Below are positions 1-11,826 of a stretch of DNA of 64,000 bases, piece after piece. Source of the DNA: Macrostomum lignano. Its lineage: Eukaryota. The notes beneath the pieces are model-generated. The model saw only the letters and a list, made by a program, of their open reading frames with translations, made no database searches and had not been told where the DNA came from. The stretch spans positions 186,001 through 250,000 of the forward strand of contig NIVC01000992.1 in NCBI GenBank assembly GCA_002269645.1. The letters are read 5' to 3'. Each line of letters starts with the position of its first letter. Within the stretch, counting starts at the first letter, position 1. Both the position numbers and the translations under genes were made by a program.

Positions 1-562
1 ACAGGTAGAAGAACAATGTGTCAATAACTAGGGCGATCAACTTCCACTCTGTCACCACCCTGCTCAGCTGCGTTAGCTGGACTCTGTCCTCATCCTCATT
101 AACAATATTAAAACCTCCACCCGTTGATGCCGCCACTGTCGAATCGAAATTCTCCTCTCCTTCGACAACGGTTGCTACGTTGGCCGATGGTAGCCTTGGC
201 AACGGAGACGCCAGAGGCGATAGAGCTCCTTCAGAAGTGGAGTCCAGGTAGGGCAACTGGGAGCAGGCCGTCTCAAAACGGCGCAATCGAGGCACCCTAG
301 CTGGAGTGATGGACGTCGACGTTGTTCCAGACGTTTCCAATTGATTCGACGGTCTCATAGGTGCGGCGGCAGTCGGACTCAGCCAGCGAGTCAGAGGGTC
401 GCCGCCGCTTTGCTGCTCAACCGCCGGCCTGCAGGCGTTGTTAAGCTCCGATTCGAGTCGTTGCAGTCGAATACAGTCGCGAAAGAACGCAATCTGCGAC
501 CGAATACCCGTCATTCTGTGCTGATACTCGTCTGTGGTCTTCCGGTAGGCGAGTCCGTCAGC
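1..562 (-). CDS. Cys-loop (nAChR-like) receptor subunit: exon encoding the distal M3-M4 loop and start of M4 (continues beyond window start)
   Basis: Stop-free minus frame ADGLAYRKTTDEYQHRMTG...RVVTEWKLIALVIDTLFFYL; EWKxIALVID is the typical pre-M4/M4 motif. Acceptor catccag|GCT at 562 is phase 0, matching the upstream exon. Absent from the ORF track because it has no qualifying start. Confidence 0.85.
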
Positions 563-1073
563 CTGGATGCATTGGGGTGGGCTGGTAAGATGCACCAAGT
601 TAAAAAATCCGATCATTTCTATACTTTACTTTCTATGCGTCGAAATGAAAAGCAAATAACCAGGAGATTAAAGTGCAAAGAGACTTAAGCTTTCAATAAG
701 TGAAGTCATTACAGGCTACGATTATTTGGACCTTAGCTAAAACCTAAACTATTCTCAAACTGCTGCTGAACAAAAAATATGTACTGTAACACTATTGCGC
801 GATTGACTGTAAAGATTTTTTGAACACAAACGCTATCAAGCTGTAAAACTGTAAAACCTGTAAAAAGCTTTAAAACAAGCTGTAAAACAACACACAAACA
901 CATGACATCAACGCATGTCTACTATGCTCTGCATAGTGCACTTGTTTAAACTCAACGAAAGTTACGAGTAGTTATCTGGTTCTGCTTTTTCTTTGCTGGA
1001 GAGCTCTCGTGAGTGGTTTGCATACTCATATTTTAGTGCTCGCAATTGCCGCAAAAGGCTTAAAAATGCTCAC

Positions 1074-1267
1074 CACTTCAAACTGACGAGCCGCTTTTTC
1101 AACGCTGTCAGCTACTCGCAGCAGTCGACCGAGCCAGTCTACGAAAATGCGTTTCAATAATCGCGGCGGCGGTCGGAACTTCGAGCCCCGATGGTTCAAA
1201 TTGACGATGCAGACGGAAAATATCACGGATACTGTGGTCATGGACATTAGTACCGTAATGTAGAGGC
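1074..1267 (-). CDS. nAChR-like subunit: exon encoding M3 and the start of the cytoplasmic loop
   Basis: (G)LYITVLMSMTTVSVIFSVCIVNLNHRGSKFRPPPRLLKRIFVDWLGRLLRV...; acceptor ccgcag| at 1267, donor GTG|gtgagc at 1074; phase 1 joins the previous exon. Confidence 0.9.
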
Positions 1268-1522
1268 CTGCGGAAATGGTTTCGGACAGACTGGGTGTTT
1301 CAAAGAAAGTCAATTCTTTTCATTGCATGATGCTTAAAAGTTGAAGATACCCGGGTGTAGCCGAAAAGCCATCAGAAACTAGCCAAGAGGCAACCCGTAA
1401 GTAGATAATGAACTACTCAAATATAGCTGATAAAGGCAAGGAAAGAGGCAAACAACTAGTCGAATGTTTCTCAGAAACGGGTTTTAACCAATATGTTACG
1501 ATTTACTCAGAAATCATCGGTA

Positions 1523-2100
1523 TCAAAAAACAACCCGGATGTAACCAAGAAACAACCTGGATGTAATTAAGAAACAACCTGGATGTAATCAAGAAACAAC
1601 CCGGATATAATCACGCAATAATCCGGGTGTAATCAAGACACAACCCGGATGTAATTAAAAAACAACCCAGATGTAATCAAGAAACAACCCGGATGTAATC
1701 AAGCAATAACCCGGATGTAATCAAGACACAGCCCAGATGTAATCAAAAAACAACCCGGATGTAATCAAGAAACAGCCTGGATATAATCAAAAACAACCCG
1801 GATGTAATCAAGAAACAACCCGGATGTAATCAAGCAATAACCCGGATGTAATCAAGACACAGCCCGGATGTAATCAAAAAACAACCCGGATGTAATCAAG
1901 AAACAGCCTGGATATAATCAAAAACAACCCGGATGTGATCAAGACACAACCCAGATGTAATCAAAAAACAACCCGGATGTAACCAAGAAACAGCCTGGAT
2001 ATAATCAAAAACAACCCGGATGTAATCAAGAAACAACTCGGATGTAATTAAGCAATAACTCGGATGGAGTCAAGAAACGACCCAGATGTAGACAAGAAGC
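1523..2100. repeat. 22-bp minisatellite (AAGAAACAACCCGGATGTAATC) in an nAChR intron
   Basis: About 26 tandem copies read directly; a 6-unit/131-bp higher-order block repeats (variant unit aagcaataac at 1701 and 1832). Confidence 0.95.
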
Positions 2101-2234
2101 AATCCAAACAGAAATAAAAAAGGCTATCGAGGTACGTTAAAAAAGCAACTGATTGTTGATATGGTATTGTGTTTAACACCCCTAAGCATGCAACCATTTT
2201 TTGTAAAAGAAACCACATGTCTTTCCAAACGCAC

Positions 2235-2827
2235 CAATAAGTGGTACACTCTCGCTAGTGGCTGGCACCTGCTCCGCCACTAGCAGCATAAACATGGAGA
2301 AGGCAAGAAACACCGACAATCCCATGCTGATCTTCTCGCAATTATCTGGCGGCACGCGAAAAGTGAACAGCGTCAGTACGGAGAGCATCACGCACGGCAG
2401 GATTATGTTCCACACGTAGAAGAAGCTTCGCCTGCGGATGATCAGCTCGATGACCAGATCAGAATAGTTGCGATTCGGTTCCACGTACTGATTGCCGGTT
2501 TTATCCAGCCGTTTTGGCAGGTGGCCCGTAAAGCTTAGCTGTCTGTTGCGCACAAAGGGCTTGGCTGACAGCAGCTGCCACTCGCTATTGTCCGTGTAGT
2601 CAATTTCGTCGATTCCGTCCATTGTACGCGGCAGGAACACCAGCTGGCGACGGCTGTGCACCCAAGAGCCCAGTCGGATTCTGCACTTCTGATAGTCGAA
2701 CGGAAAATTGGCGATATTCACCTGACAGGTGGTGCGCAACTTGTCCGGCACTGGCCAGGAGACTTGACCGTCCGGCTGGAGAAGCACGTAGACGGAGCGC
2801 AGGAAACCCGACTTTCGACTGTCGGCG
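2235..2827 (-). CDS. nAChR-like subunit: exon encoding the Cys-loop, loops B/C, M1 and M2
   Basis: Cys-loop TCQVNIANFPFDYQKC (C-x13-C), GSWVH, IRRRSFFYVWNIILPC (M1), PPDNCEKISMGLSVFLAFSMFMLLVAE (M2), PATSESVPLIG; acceptor cacag|C at 2827, donor ATTG|gtgcgt at 2235. Confidence 0.95.
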
Positions 2828-3968
2828 CTGTGGGTTTTTTGGGAGATGGTTTGATCAATTTGATAAATGGGCTTTATTTTACCATACTTAAGCCCTAAAT
2901 TACAACCAATCTTCGACTGTATTAACAAGATTAGACGGATCTCTGAGGATTGTAAGCCAAACCGCCTCAGAGTACATTCTACTTTAAAAATACCTCGCCG
3001 CATTACACGGAAGTCAAAGGAGGATTTTGATAGTAGCTCGTAGACTTATCATCATTCGTGTCAAGGAAACCTAGCCTAGGAGCATTATTTTGATTCTTAT
3101 TTGAAAGCTGAATGGTTTCCTGCACGATCGAAACACATCAATTTAATAGAGATCATTCCCGTTCAACATTCCGACGTCCACCAACGTACACGATGCACTC
3201 GACGTCAATGGACGAGGCTAACAAAAGGATTTTTCTAAATTACGCCGATGGATGACGAAACGGACGTTAGATTGCTGCTGTTCGGGCCTTAAAATAATAA
3301 CGCCTAAATCCAACTGCATTTCATGATCAATGAAAAACTATGCTAAAAAATGTTTACTAAATGTTTACTACCCATTCAGACTGTCGGTCACAACCTTACG
3401 ATCATAAAGTACTTTTTTCCTGAAATTATTTTGCAATGACATGCAGCGGGAAAAATCACGCGGTCATATCTATCCGCCCACTGATCAAAAACAATATGCT
3501 GTAAAAGTTAATAATTGACGCGGCCAAAGTAGATCAAATTTTTCATGCTTCTCTCAGTTCGTTAGGCTCCCGCGATTGCCATGAGTGCACCACCCACTCG
3601 AGGAGCATGTCGGCACTGTTGCAGCGCAAAGCCTCTCTTGCTTCGGCGCCTCTTTCCCTTCACTTCTTCGACTTGACCGTCTGTCTTGGACTTGCACTAG
3701 CTACAACCGCCAATGAGAACTAATGAAGTTAGCTCCGCTGCGTGAATCCCACCGCTTGAATTTGTTTTCGCTTCAGTCGGCGCATGTTCCCTGTATGTTC
3801 CCGCAGATCAACAACGCGCAAGCACCGACCGCCCTCTGCGTCCGCTCTTTGCTCCTGTGGGAAACTTCTAGCAGTCACTCCTATGCAAACAAGTCCAAGG
3901 TTGCTCCTACTGCATTCTGTCTTGAACGTTATTGAAACAAATTATCAATTCAGCCAAGTTCAACTCAC

Positions 3969-4078
3969 TTGTTAAACACGTACGTATCCGGTAGCCAAAC
4001 TTTTTCGGCGGAAATGCGCAGTTTAGTATCCTTGGTGGCCGCGTCCGAGTCCCAGGACAGCTTCGTGTCGTTCCATTT
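3969..4078 (-). CDS. nAChR-like subunit: 110-bp exon (loop A region)
   Basis: KWNDTKLSWDSDAATKDTKLRISAEKVWLPDTYVFN(N); gcag| acceptor and AA|gtgagt donor; phases 0/2 fit both neighbours. Confidence 0.93.
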
Positions 4079-4278
4079 CTGCTCAAATAATTTCAACAGG
4101 TTATTAATTAAACAGCTGTCATTGTGTTGCTATGGTTTAGACACTGGATTTCAACATTGTAGTTCGACATTGTAGTCACAGAGGGCTCTAGCAATAGCAA
4201 GTCAAGGGCAATGCGCTCGTAGTTGATCCGCAACTGTTTAACAGATCTGTTTACATGCCTGACGATTAGAGAGTCAAA

Positions 4279-4500
4279 TGGCCGCTGTACGCTCTGTGTG
4301 GGCGTGTGTACCTGTATGAGTGCGTGCGCGCTTGTATTTGCTCAGGAGTCAGCGGAATGGGCAGAGTTTCCTTCAGCGCTGGTTGTGGAACGATTTCGCC
4401 GATGGCGTTATGCCGGAGGTTCTCACAAGTCTACTACAATTGTTATTATCACCGGTTGTGTAAGCGTACACACCCAGGCCTTTGGAGGTTGGCCCTAATG
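4279..4500 (+). mobile_element. Diverged 3-prime portion of tRNA-SINE family B
   Basis: ggccgctgtac..ctgtgtg...gcgcgcttgtat..gctcagg.gagtc.gcggaatgggcag...ccggttgtgt matches 63601-63710. Confidence 0.7.
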
Positions 4501-4657
4501 AGGATGAATTGCTAAACAAACCTCAGACCAACTGCCATGCCCACGAACCGCAAATTAATGCGAATCGATTCGGACTCGTTTACCGGTGAGTTGTTCTGCC
4601 TGCCCTGCCGCATTGACCAAACAGACCCAAAATTACCATGAGATCGACTTAGCTTAC

Positions 4658-4869
4658 CTGCTCAATAAACACATTGGTAGTGAGTATCTGATTCCGTTCG
4701 TCTAGATCAATAATCTGGTTGAGCCGAAAGCTGACTTCCACGACAATCGGCTTGGATCGGTTCATGGTTGGCGGCGTTGAAGGCAGATAGTTGCTCATCA
4801 GGGCGCTGAGTATTCGTTGCTCGTCTGTGATGAGGCTACATTGGCAGCTGGATGCTATAAAAATAGCGG
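4658..4869 (-). CDS. nAChR-like subunit: exon encoding the end of the signal peptide and the N-terminal helix/beta1-beta2
   Basis: AIFIASSCQCSLITDEQRILSALMSNYLPSTPPTMNRSKPIVVEVSFRLNQIIDLDERNQILTTNVFIEQ; donor CAG|gtaagc at 4658. The acceptor is either 4869 or 4854 (both phase 1). Confidence 0.9.
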
Positions 4870-6974
4870 CTGATAAGGGGTAGAAGTTATCATTTTTGTT
4901 AGGATAACAGGGATAGTAGCAGTATATATCTTTCCATTGATAGTAAAAAAAGTATGTTTCTAAAAAGAACATCTTTGTCACATAATTAGTAAAGTCGCTT
5001 GCGTTCAGATTGTAGAATTATGAATAGGCATTATTAAAAATGATTGAAGATACCAGACGGGCTGCCGACTGCCGTATCAAAGAAACTACTTTGTATGTCT
5101 GGACAAATTCATTTATAGCTCGAACTCGTGTATTTTTGAAGATGCCCTACTACTGCACTGCCAAAATCAATTTCGAAAGACAAATTCATGGACAACGGTG
5201 CATATATTTCGAATAGATCGTTTCTTTCTAATTTAGATGCGTAGCATTCAATGCGTAGCTACAATAATTCTTGAAGATAAACTTTTTGATTAATTTCAAA
5301 TCGCTTGCAAAATCAAGCATGTTGTGGTTCTGTTCTTGTAAAACCGCATTTGTATGATTAAAAAGATTAGTTTAGGGGTAGGACTTCTAGCTGATATCAG
5401 AATGTACGACAAAGGATTTTTATCTGTAATCATACAAAGAATTGGGCCTCCGCGGCCGGCCCCACCAAAGGAGGGCTGGAATGGCTAGTCCACTATACTA
5501 AATCCTATACTGCAGTAAGATAGTCTTGCGATCCAGTGCATTTACAGAAGCTTCATTCATCCATCTGTATTAACAATAGAGGATTAAGACTAGGACACAG
5601 AGATGCTGTTGTGAGTGGCATCGGAGACTTTTTCTCTGATTTGCCTGCGATAACTCTAGACTACACTCGATCCACTACACAGACTTAGATATCTTGGTTT
5701 ATCTCTGTCCAACTCACTGATTGATGGAACCAAGCATACGAGCGTATAAGTTATTCCAGGCCGCATAAGCCTAAACTTCGTACAGATCTGTTTAAAGCTC
5801 TAACACTGCCTATCTGACTAATGCGTCGCTTTAAATATATAGTTTTACATATTCTGCTAGTGGGGGGGGGCCTAGAAAATGCTCTCAAGCACTCTAGCCT
5901 CATTGAAGTGGCTAACCTAAAGCCTGCGAATAAGGAAGGGCTCTACAGCAATTGAAAGTGTATTTATACAAGCTAAGCTGTGTGATGCAGGCTGGCGGGC
6001 TGGGACACAGGCGAGAGAAGCTCAAGTCAATGAAACGCGAAACTTCTCGGGAAAATACGGCATACAGTACAGTAAAGACACGGAGCTACTGCAGCTCGTC
6101 CTCGTGCAAGGATTAAGGACGAGAAACACGAAATAGAGACTTTCTTCTTCACCTCGCCAACTTCTCTCTTCTCTACCCTCGCTGTCCCTCCTTCGCCCCA
6201 AAATATCCAACCCTCTGATTAAGCTGCAACGTAATCGAATCAGTGTCTAGCACGGGTGCGTTCGATGTTGGGCTTCAAATGAGTATAAGAGGCAGGCATA
6301 GTTAGCGAATAGGGGAACAGGGAAACGGAAAGATGAAGGTTGAGATAGGAGCAATGGGCAGAGCTGCAGTGAGAGCCGCTAAGGCCAACGGGTCGCACAC
6401 TCAAGAGACAGATGAAAATTGTGTATTACATCTGGATCCAATATTACAACAAAGTTAATGACTGTCCAGTTGAATATGTTTTGCTACAGCTACAAGTAAA
6501 TAACACTTGACCTGTCCCTATTTGATAATCAAAGTCTGCACTTTTGCATTGCCAAATGAAATATCTATCTTTCAGTATTTGCTTTCGTTTCTCCTTTCCT
6601 CCCTCTATGTTTGCGTCTTCGATTTTTTCTGCCCAGCGACTTCTTTTTCTCTTCCCTGACTCTCCGTCCCTCCCTGACTCTGCCTGTCCTCCATAACTTT
6701 CATTTCCATCCACCTGTTCCACCTCCAGGAGACTGGCCCCGGGCCAGTGTCCGAGAGAAGGGCGACGGGGATTGATGAGGGGAAGTGATTTTCCCCGTTT
6801 CTCCCTGTCCCCTGTTGACCCTCCGACGCGACTGCTGCACTATCATTTTCGGCTCTGCATGGGTGCTAATCTGGGCAGCGTTCCGCGGGTGCACTTTCGG
6901 TGTTGCTTTCTGCTAACGGCTTGAAAAATGAAGGAGCCTTGCTTTGCCCGGCCCATCTTTGTATGATTTACAGA

Positions 6975-7203
<229 letters not shown>

Positions 7204-7261
7204 CACCCGTGCAAATCGTGCTGACACCTCCTGGCATCGCGGCCAGATCATCAGGCTGCGG

Positions 7262-10200
7262 ATGACCTCGGTTGGCTCGGATGGCCGCGCTTCGGCTGCG
7301 GCAGCAAAGCTCAGCACAGCAGGCATAGCAGGGACTCGCAGAGGTCAGCGCAGCGCGCAACGTCGAACTGAGCGGCGGCGCGAGCGCAACCGGCGAGGGC
7401 GACTCCGTGGCGCGGCCAGGCGCCTGTTGTCCCCAGTCCCTGCTACCTCAACTATGGATCCGCCGGGTGGCGCCGGGGACCATGAGGCCAACCTCCATCT
7501 GGCCCCAGCTGTACCAGGTGGCCGCCTCAGACTCGGCACGATGAACTGCCGAACTCTGAAGGCCCCCTGGCGTCGCACCATCCTTGTCCAGCTGGCCCAC
7601 GACCTACAGCTGGACCTCGTCTCACTGCAGGAGGTTTCTATCGTGGCCGAGCCGGGGCTCCACTCTGAGGACCTCGGAGCCGGCTGGAGCCTCCTGTACA
7701 CGTCGGCAGACAACCGCGGCCGGGGCGGTGTCGGCGTACTGATCGGACCGCGCCTCCGGCAGAGCGTGCACTGCATCTCGCTGTCCCCGCGACTGATGCG
7801 GGTCGACCTGCGACTGCGCGCCCGCTGCATCCGGCTGTTCTGCGCGTATGCACCCACCGCTGCTCACCCCGAGGAGGCGCGTGCCTTCTTCGACTTCCTG
7901 GCTGGGCAGCTGGAAGAGGTGCCAAACCGCGACACGCTGGCAGTGCTCGGAGACCTGAACGCAGTCCCGCGGAGGTCCGAGCGCTCGCCCTTTGTCGCGG
8001 GACGCGAGAACGCCAACACCGATGCGCTGGAGGACCTGCTTGACCGGCTGGACCTGGTGTCCGCGAACACCCAGTTCCGCAAGCCCCCTGCCCGCCTGGT
8101 CACCTTTGCGGGCTGCAAGAGAAGGCGGCGGAACGCACGCGGGCGGAACGCCACGAGGAGACTGGCGCAACTCGATCATGCGCTGGTTCGCGCTCGCGAG
8201 CGCCGCCGCGTCACCAACTGCGACACCATGGCTCCGCTGGCTCTCCGGTCAGACCACCGACTCCTGATCTGCGACTTGCGGCTCCGCGACCAGCTCTACC
8301 GACCGCCAAAGCAGCGGCCACGGCGCTACTATCGCGCACTGTTGGACACCCACGTAAAGCGTCAATTCGCGGGTGCCTTCGTCAGCGCGCTTGGAGACCA
8401 GCGCGAGGCGGAGTATTCCGACATCAGCACCGCCGTTAGAGCTGCTGCAGAGCAGACGGTCCCGCTGATGCGGCCAGCGCAAAAATCGTTGCCTGTCTGG
8501 CAGAGCGACCCCACCATCAGGCAGGCGCGGCTCAACATCGAGCGACTCCGCAGAAACCGGAGGCCCACAGGCGAAGCTGAAGACGCATTTGAGCGCCTTC
8601 TTGACGAGCGGCAGCAGGCCGCTGTCGACGACGCCATTAGGTCCATCACTGCAGCCGGCCCCGACGTGAAAAGCCGCGCAGTGTGGACGGCCGTCCGGAC
8701 TCTGACGGGGCGCAAAAAGCGCGTGGCGCTGAATCTGGCCGGCGACACTCCGGAGGAGCGCAGGAATGAATTGCGCGACTTCTTCGCCGGCATCGTGAAC
8801 GCGCCCGCATCGCCGCTGCCCGCCAGCTTTGCGCTCCCACTGGACACGCCGCTCCCAGCTGAGGAGGACTTCTGCACCAGACCAGTCACCACGGAGGACG
8901 TTGTGCTGTTCGCTCGGAAAACATCAGGCGGCAAGGCGCTCGGCCTCGACGAAGTCCCGGTCGAAGCGCTGCGGCTCCGCTGTGTGGCCTCCCAGGTCAC
9001 AGGCGTCATGAACCGCGTGTTTGCCGGCGCTCCTGCGCCCACCGAGTGGACCGTCGCGCACATCGTGCCAATCCCGAAGAAGGCAGGGACAACGCGGAAA
9101 GAAGACCACCGCGGGATCTCGCTGATGTCCTGCACCGCGAAGCTCTTCAACCGGCTGCTGCTCGATCGTCTCCAGTCGGTGCTGGACCCGTACCTGCGGT
9201 ACGAGCAGAACGGATTCCGGCCGCAACGCGGTACAGTGACACAGATCCTCGCACTCCGCCGTGTCATCGAGGAGGCGCGCATCCGCCAGTCTACGCTGAT
9301 CATTGTCTTCGTTGACTTCCGAAAGGCGTTTGACTCGGTGTTGAGAGCCGCTCTCCCCTTCGTCCTTCGAGCCTACCGGGTGCCCCAGCAGCTAATCGAC
9401 GCTGTCATGGCGCTGTATTGCGATACTCGAGCTGCTGTGGTGACGGCGGACGGCCTGTCTGACCTGTTCGACACCTCATCAGGAGTTCTGCAGGGAGACA
9501 CCTTGGCGCCGTTCCTCTTCGTGCTGCTGCTGGACTGGGTGCTTCGGACCGCACTCCCCTCGGCTAATGACGGCTTCCTGCTGCGCAGACGCATCGGTCG
9601 CCGCCACGGCGAAAAGCGCCTAAGCGTGCTTGGCTACGCCGACGACCTCGCCCTCCTGTCCTCGTCTGTTGGAGGCGCCCAACGCCAGATCGACAGGTTG
9701 GTCGAGGTAGCATCGAGCGTCGGTCTGGTTGTCAACACGCTAAAGACCGAGGTGCTGACTGTGCCGGCCGACATCCCAGCAGACCTGACATGCCGCGGCG
9801 CAGACGGGCAGACGACCAGGTTCGCACGCTGCCAGCGGTTCACCTACCTCGGCGGTCTGGTGCCCCACGTGGAAGAAGACCTCCGGCGGCGCAGAGGACT
9901 TGCCTGGGCGGCCTTTCGTTCGATCCGAGCCGTCCTCCAGTCCGAAGCGCTGCCCGACCGCCAGAGGGCTCGGCTGTGGCAGGCGGTGGTCGAAACCGTC
10001 CTGCTCTACAACGCCGAGACGTGGACGCTGACGGCTACGCTAGAGCGGCAGCTGGACTCGGCGCACTCAGGGCTGCTCCGTGCGGCCTTTCGAGCTGACG
10101 AGAGCGTCGGGACCGAGGCCCTGTACGATCGGGCCAAGCTGCAGCGCCCGTCCACCATCCTGCGCCGACGGCGACTCCAACTGGCGGGCCACGTGATCCG

Positions 10201-10384
10201 GGCCGAGGGCTACTGCCCCCAACCTGTTCAGGACGTCCTGCTGCTCACCTTGCAGGGCCCGTTCAGGCGGGGTCAGGCCCGAACCCGTCGATACGTGGAC
10301 TGCCTGCTGTGCGACGCTGGGGCGCCCGACACTGCCAACGGAGCGGATTTCGTTCGCTCCCAGGCTCTGCGGCGCGCTATCTGA
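7262..10384 (+). CDS. APE-like endonuclease / reverse transcriptase polyprotein (~1040 aa from ATG 7262; alternative ATG 7454)
   Basis: APE motifs LGTMNCRTL, SLQEV, AYAPT, VLGDLNA, LDHALV, SDH. RT motifs QNGFRPQRGT, FVDFRKAFDSV, GVLQGDTLAPFLF, YADD, FTYLG. RTE-like C-terminus VETVLLYNAETWTLT / RRRRLQLAGHVIR. The track start at 6944 is read-through across the microsatellite. Confidence 0.95.
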   Translation: MTSVGSDGRASAAAAKLSTAGIAGTRRGQRSAQRRTERRRERNRRGRLRGAARRLLSPVPATSTMDPPGGAGDHEANLHLAPAVPGGRLRLGTMNCRTLKAPWRRTILVQLAHDLQLDLVSLQEVSIVAEPGLHSEDLGAGWSLLYTSADNRGRGGVGVLIGPRLRQSVHCISLSPRLMRVDLRLRARCIRLFCAYAPTAAHPEEARAFFDFLAGQLEEVPNRDTLAVLGDLNAVPRRSERSPFVAGRENANTDALEDLLDRLDLVSANTQFRKPPARLVTFAGCKRRRRNARGRNATRRLAQLDHALVRARERRRVTNCDTMAPLALRSDHRLLICDLRLRDQLYRPPKQRPRRYYRALLDTHVKRQFAGAFVSALGDQREAEYSDISTAVRAAAEQTVPLMRPAQKSLPVWQSDPTIRQARLNIERLRRNRRPTGEAEDAFERLLDERQQAAVDDAIRSITAAGPDVKSRAVWTAVRTLTGRKKRVALNLAGDTPEERRNELRDFFAGIVNAPASPLPASFALPLDTPLPAEEDFCTRPVTTEDVVLFARKTSGGKALGLDEVPVEALRLRCVASQVTGVMNRVFAGAPAPTEWTVAHIVPIPKKAGTTRKEDHRGISLMSCTAKLFNRLLLDRLQSVLDPYLRYEQNGFRPQRGTVTQILALRRVIEEARIRQSTLIIVFVDFRKAFDSVLRAALPFVLRAYRVPQQLIDAVMALYCDTRAAVVTADGLSDLFDTSSGVLQGDTLAPFLFVLLLDWVLRTALPSANDGFLLRRRIGRRHGEKRLSVLGYADDLALLSSSVGGAQRQIDRLVEVASSVGLVVNTLKTEVLTVPADIPADLTCRGADGQTTRFARCQRFTYLGGLVPHVEEDLRRRRGLAWAAFRSIRAVLQSEALPDRQRARLWQAVVETVLLYNAETWTLTATLERQLDSAHSGLLRAAFRADESVGTEALYDRAKLQRPSTILRRRRLQLAGHVIRAEGYCPQPVQDVLLLTLQGPFRRGQARTRRYVDCLLCDAGAPDTANGADFVRSQALRRAI

Positions 10385-10444
10385 CGCGCCCTGCTCTAAC
10401 TGACTTTGCTTGCGGGGCTGCGTATTTTGTTGTTGTTGTTTTTG

Positions 10445-10446
<2 letters not shown>

Positions 10447-10497
<51 letters not shown>

Positions 10498-10517
10498 AAC
10501 CTATCTGTCTGTCTGTC
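10447..10517. repeat. (ATCT)n grading into (CTGT)n, right flank of the RTE element
   Basis: Direct reading. Confidence 0.95.
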
Positions 10518-10963
10518 AGCTCGTCCATAACTGAGTGAACACTCACCCAAAAGTGCAGTCGCAGCACTGTTCAACCGAAGCATGCCCAACAGCAGGATCC
10601 TTCCACTTTGATGCAGCTGCCCATATCGTCGCATCTTAAACTTTCGAAAAAAATCGATGTGAAAAAAGAAGTCAAACTAGTCAAAGTGTTCGCTTCCACA
10701 GAAAGATCGATGTCTACGCTGGATTCGTTGACAGCGGCCCTGGAAGCTGTTCGTCATGTTCTCCAACTCGCTTGTTAAGGAGAGACACGAGTGAGTTTTA
10801 AAAGCCGCTCCCTCGATTTTTCCACCTATCTCAGGTCCTTCAGTCTCCACGGGTGAACCTTTTCGCAGTTTTAATTGCTTTCGAGTTGCTTTTTAAATGA
10901 ATGCCTTTTCTTGAAAACTTGAAAACCTGTCAGGACCCGAACGCTGGCTTTGCTTCCCACTTG

Positions 10964-10999
<36 letters not shown>

Positions 11000-11208
11000 C
11001 GGCTTAAAAAAGCTGGGCCTGCTTATACACTGTTTGGCTCCTTTTTCCTTCTCTTTCCTGCTGCTTCAATCAGCCAATGGCAGTTCAGCCTCTACTTAGC
11101 TCGTGTATTCAGTTGAGCTGCGCAAATAGCCTCACTATTCGCTATGGCTGAATTTCACTTGCTAGGACTTTTTTCTTCGTAGCTAAACTGCGTAAATCAC
11201 CTCTGCGG

Positions 11209-11826
<618 letters not shown>

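Noticed and set aside
4500-4620. Minus-strand peptide PVNESESIRINLRF resembling the nAChR RPVxN motif (duplicate exon?)
   Set aside because: Short, ends in a stop, has no usable splice sites, and the true equivalent exon is present at 4658-4869.
5420-5830. Possible decayed RTE C-terminal fragment on the minus strand (YARML...RKSLRCH...LLWWGRPRRP)
   Set aside because: Several stops, only loose motif resemblance and atypical spacing; needs tBLASTn or an HMM hit before it can be called.
7345-10098. Many antisense and alternative-frame ORFs overlapping the RTE
   Set aside because: Expected shadow ORFs of a GC-rich coding sequence; no motifs.
10417-10425. 9-bp match (GGCTGCGTA) between the RTE 3-prime UTR and SINE family A tail
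   Set aside because: Opposite orientation and too short to indicate a LINE-SINE partnership.
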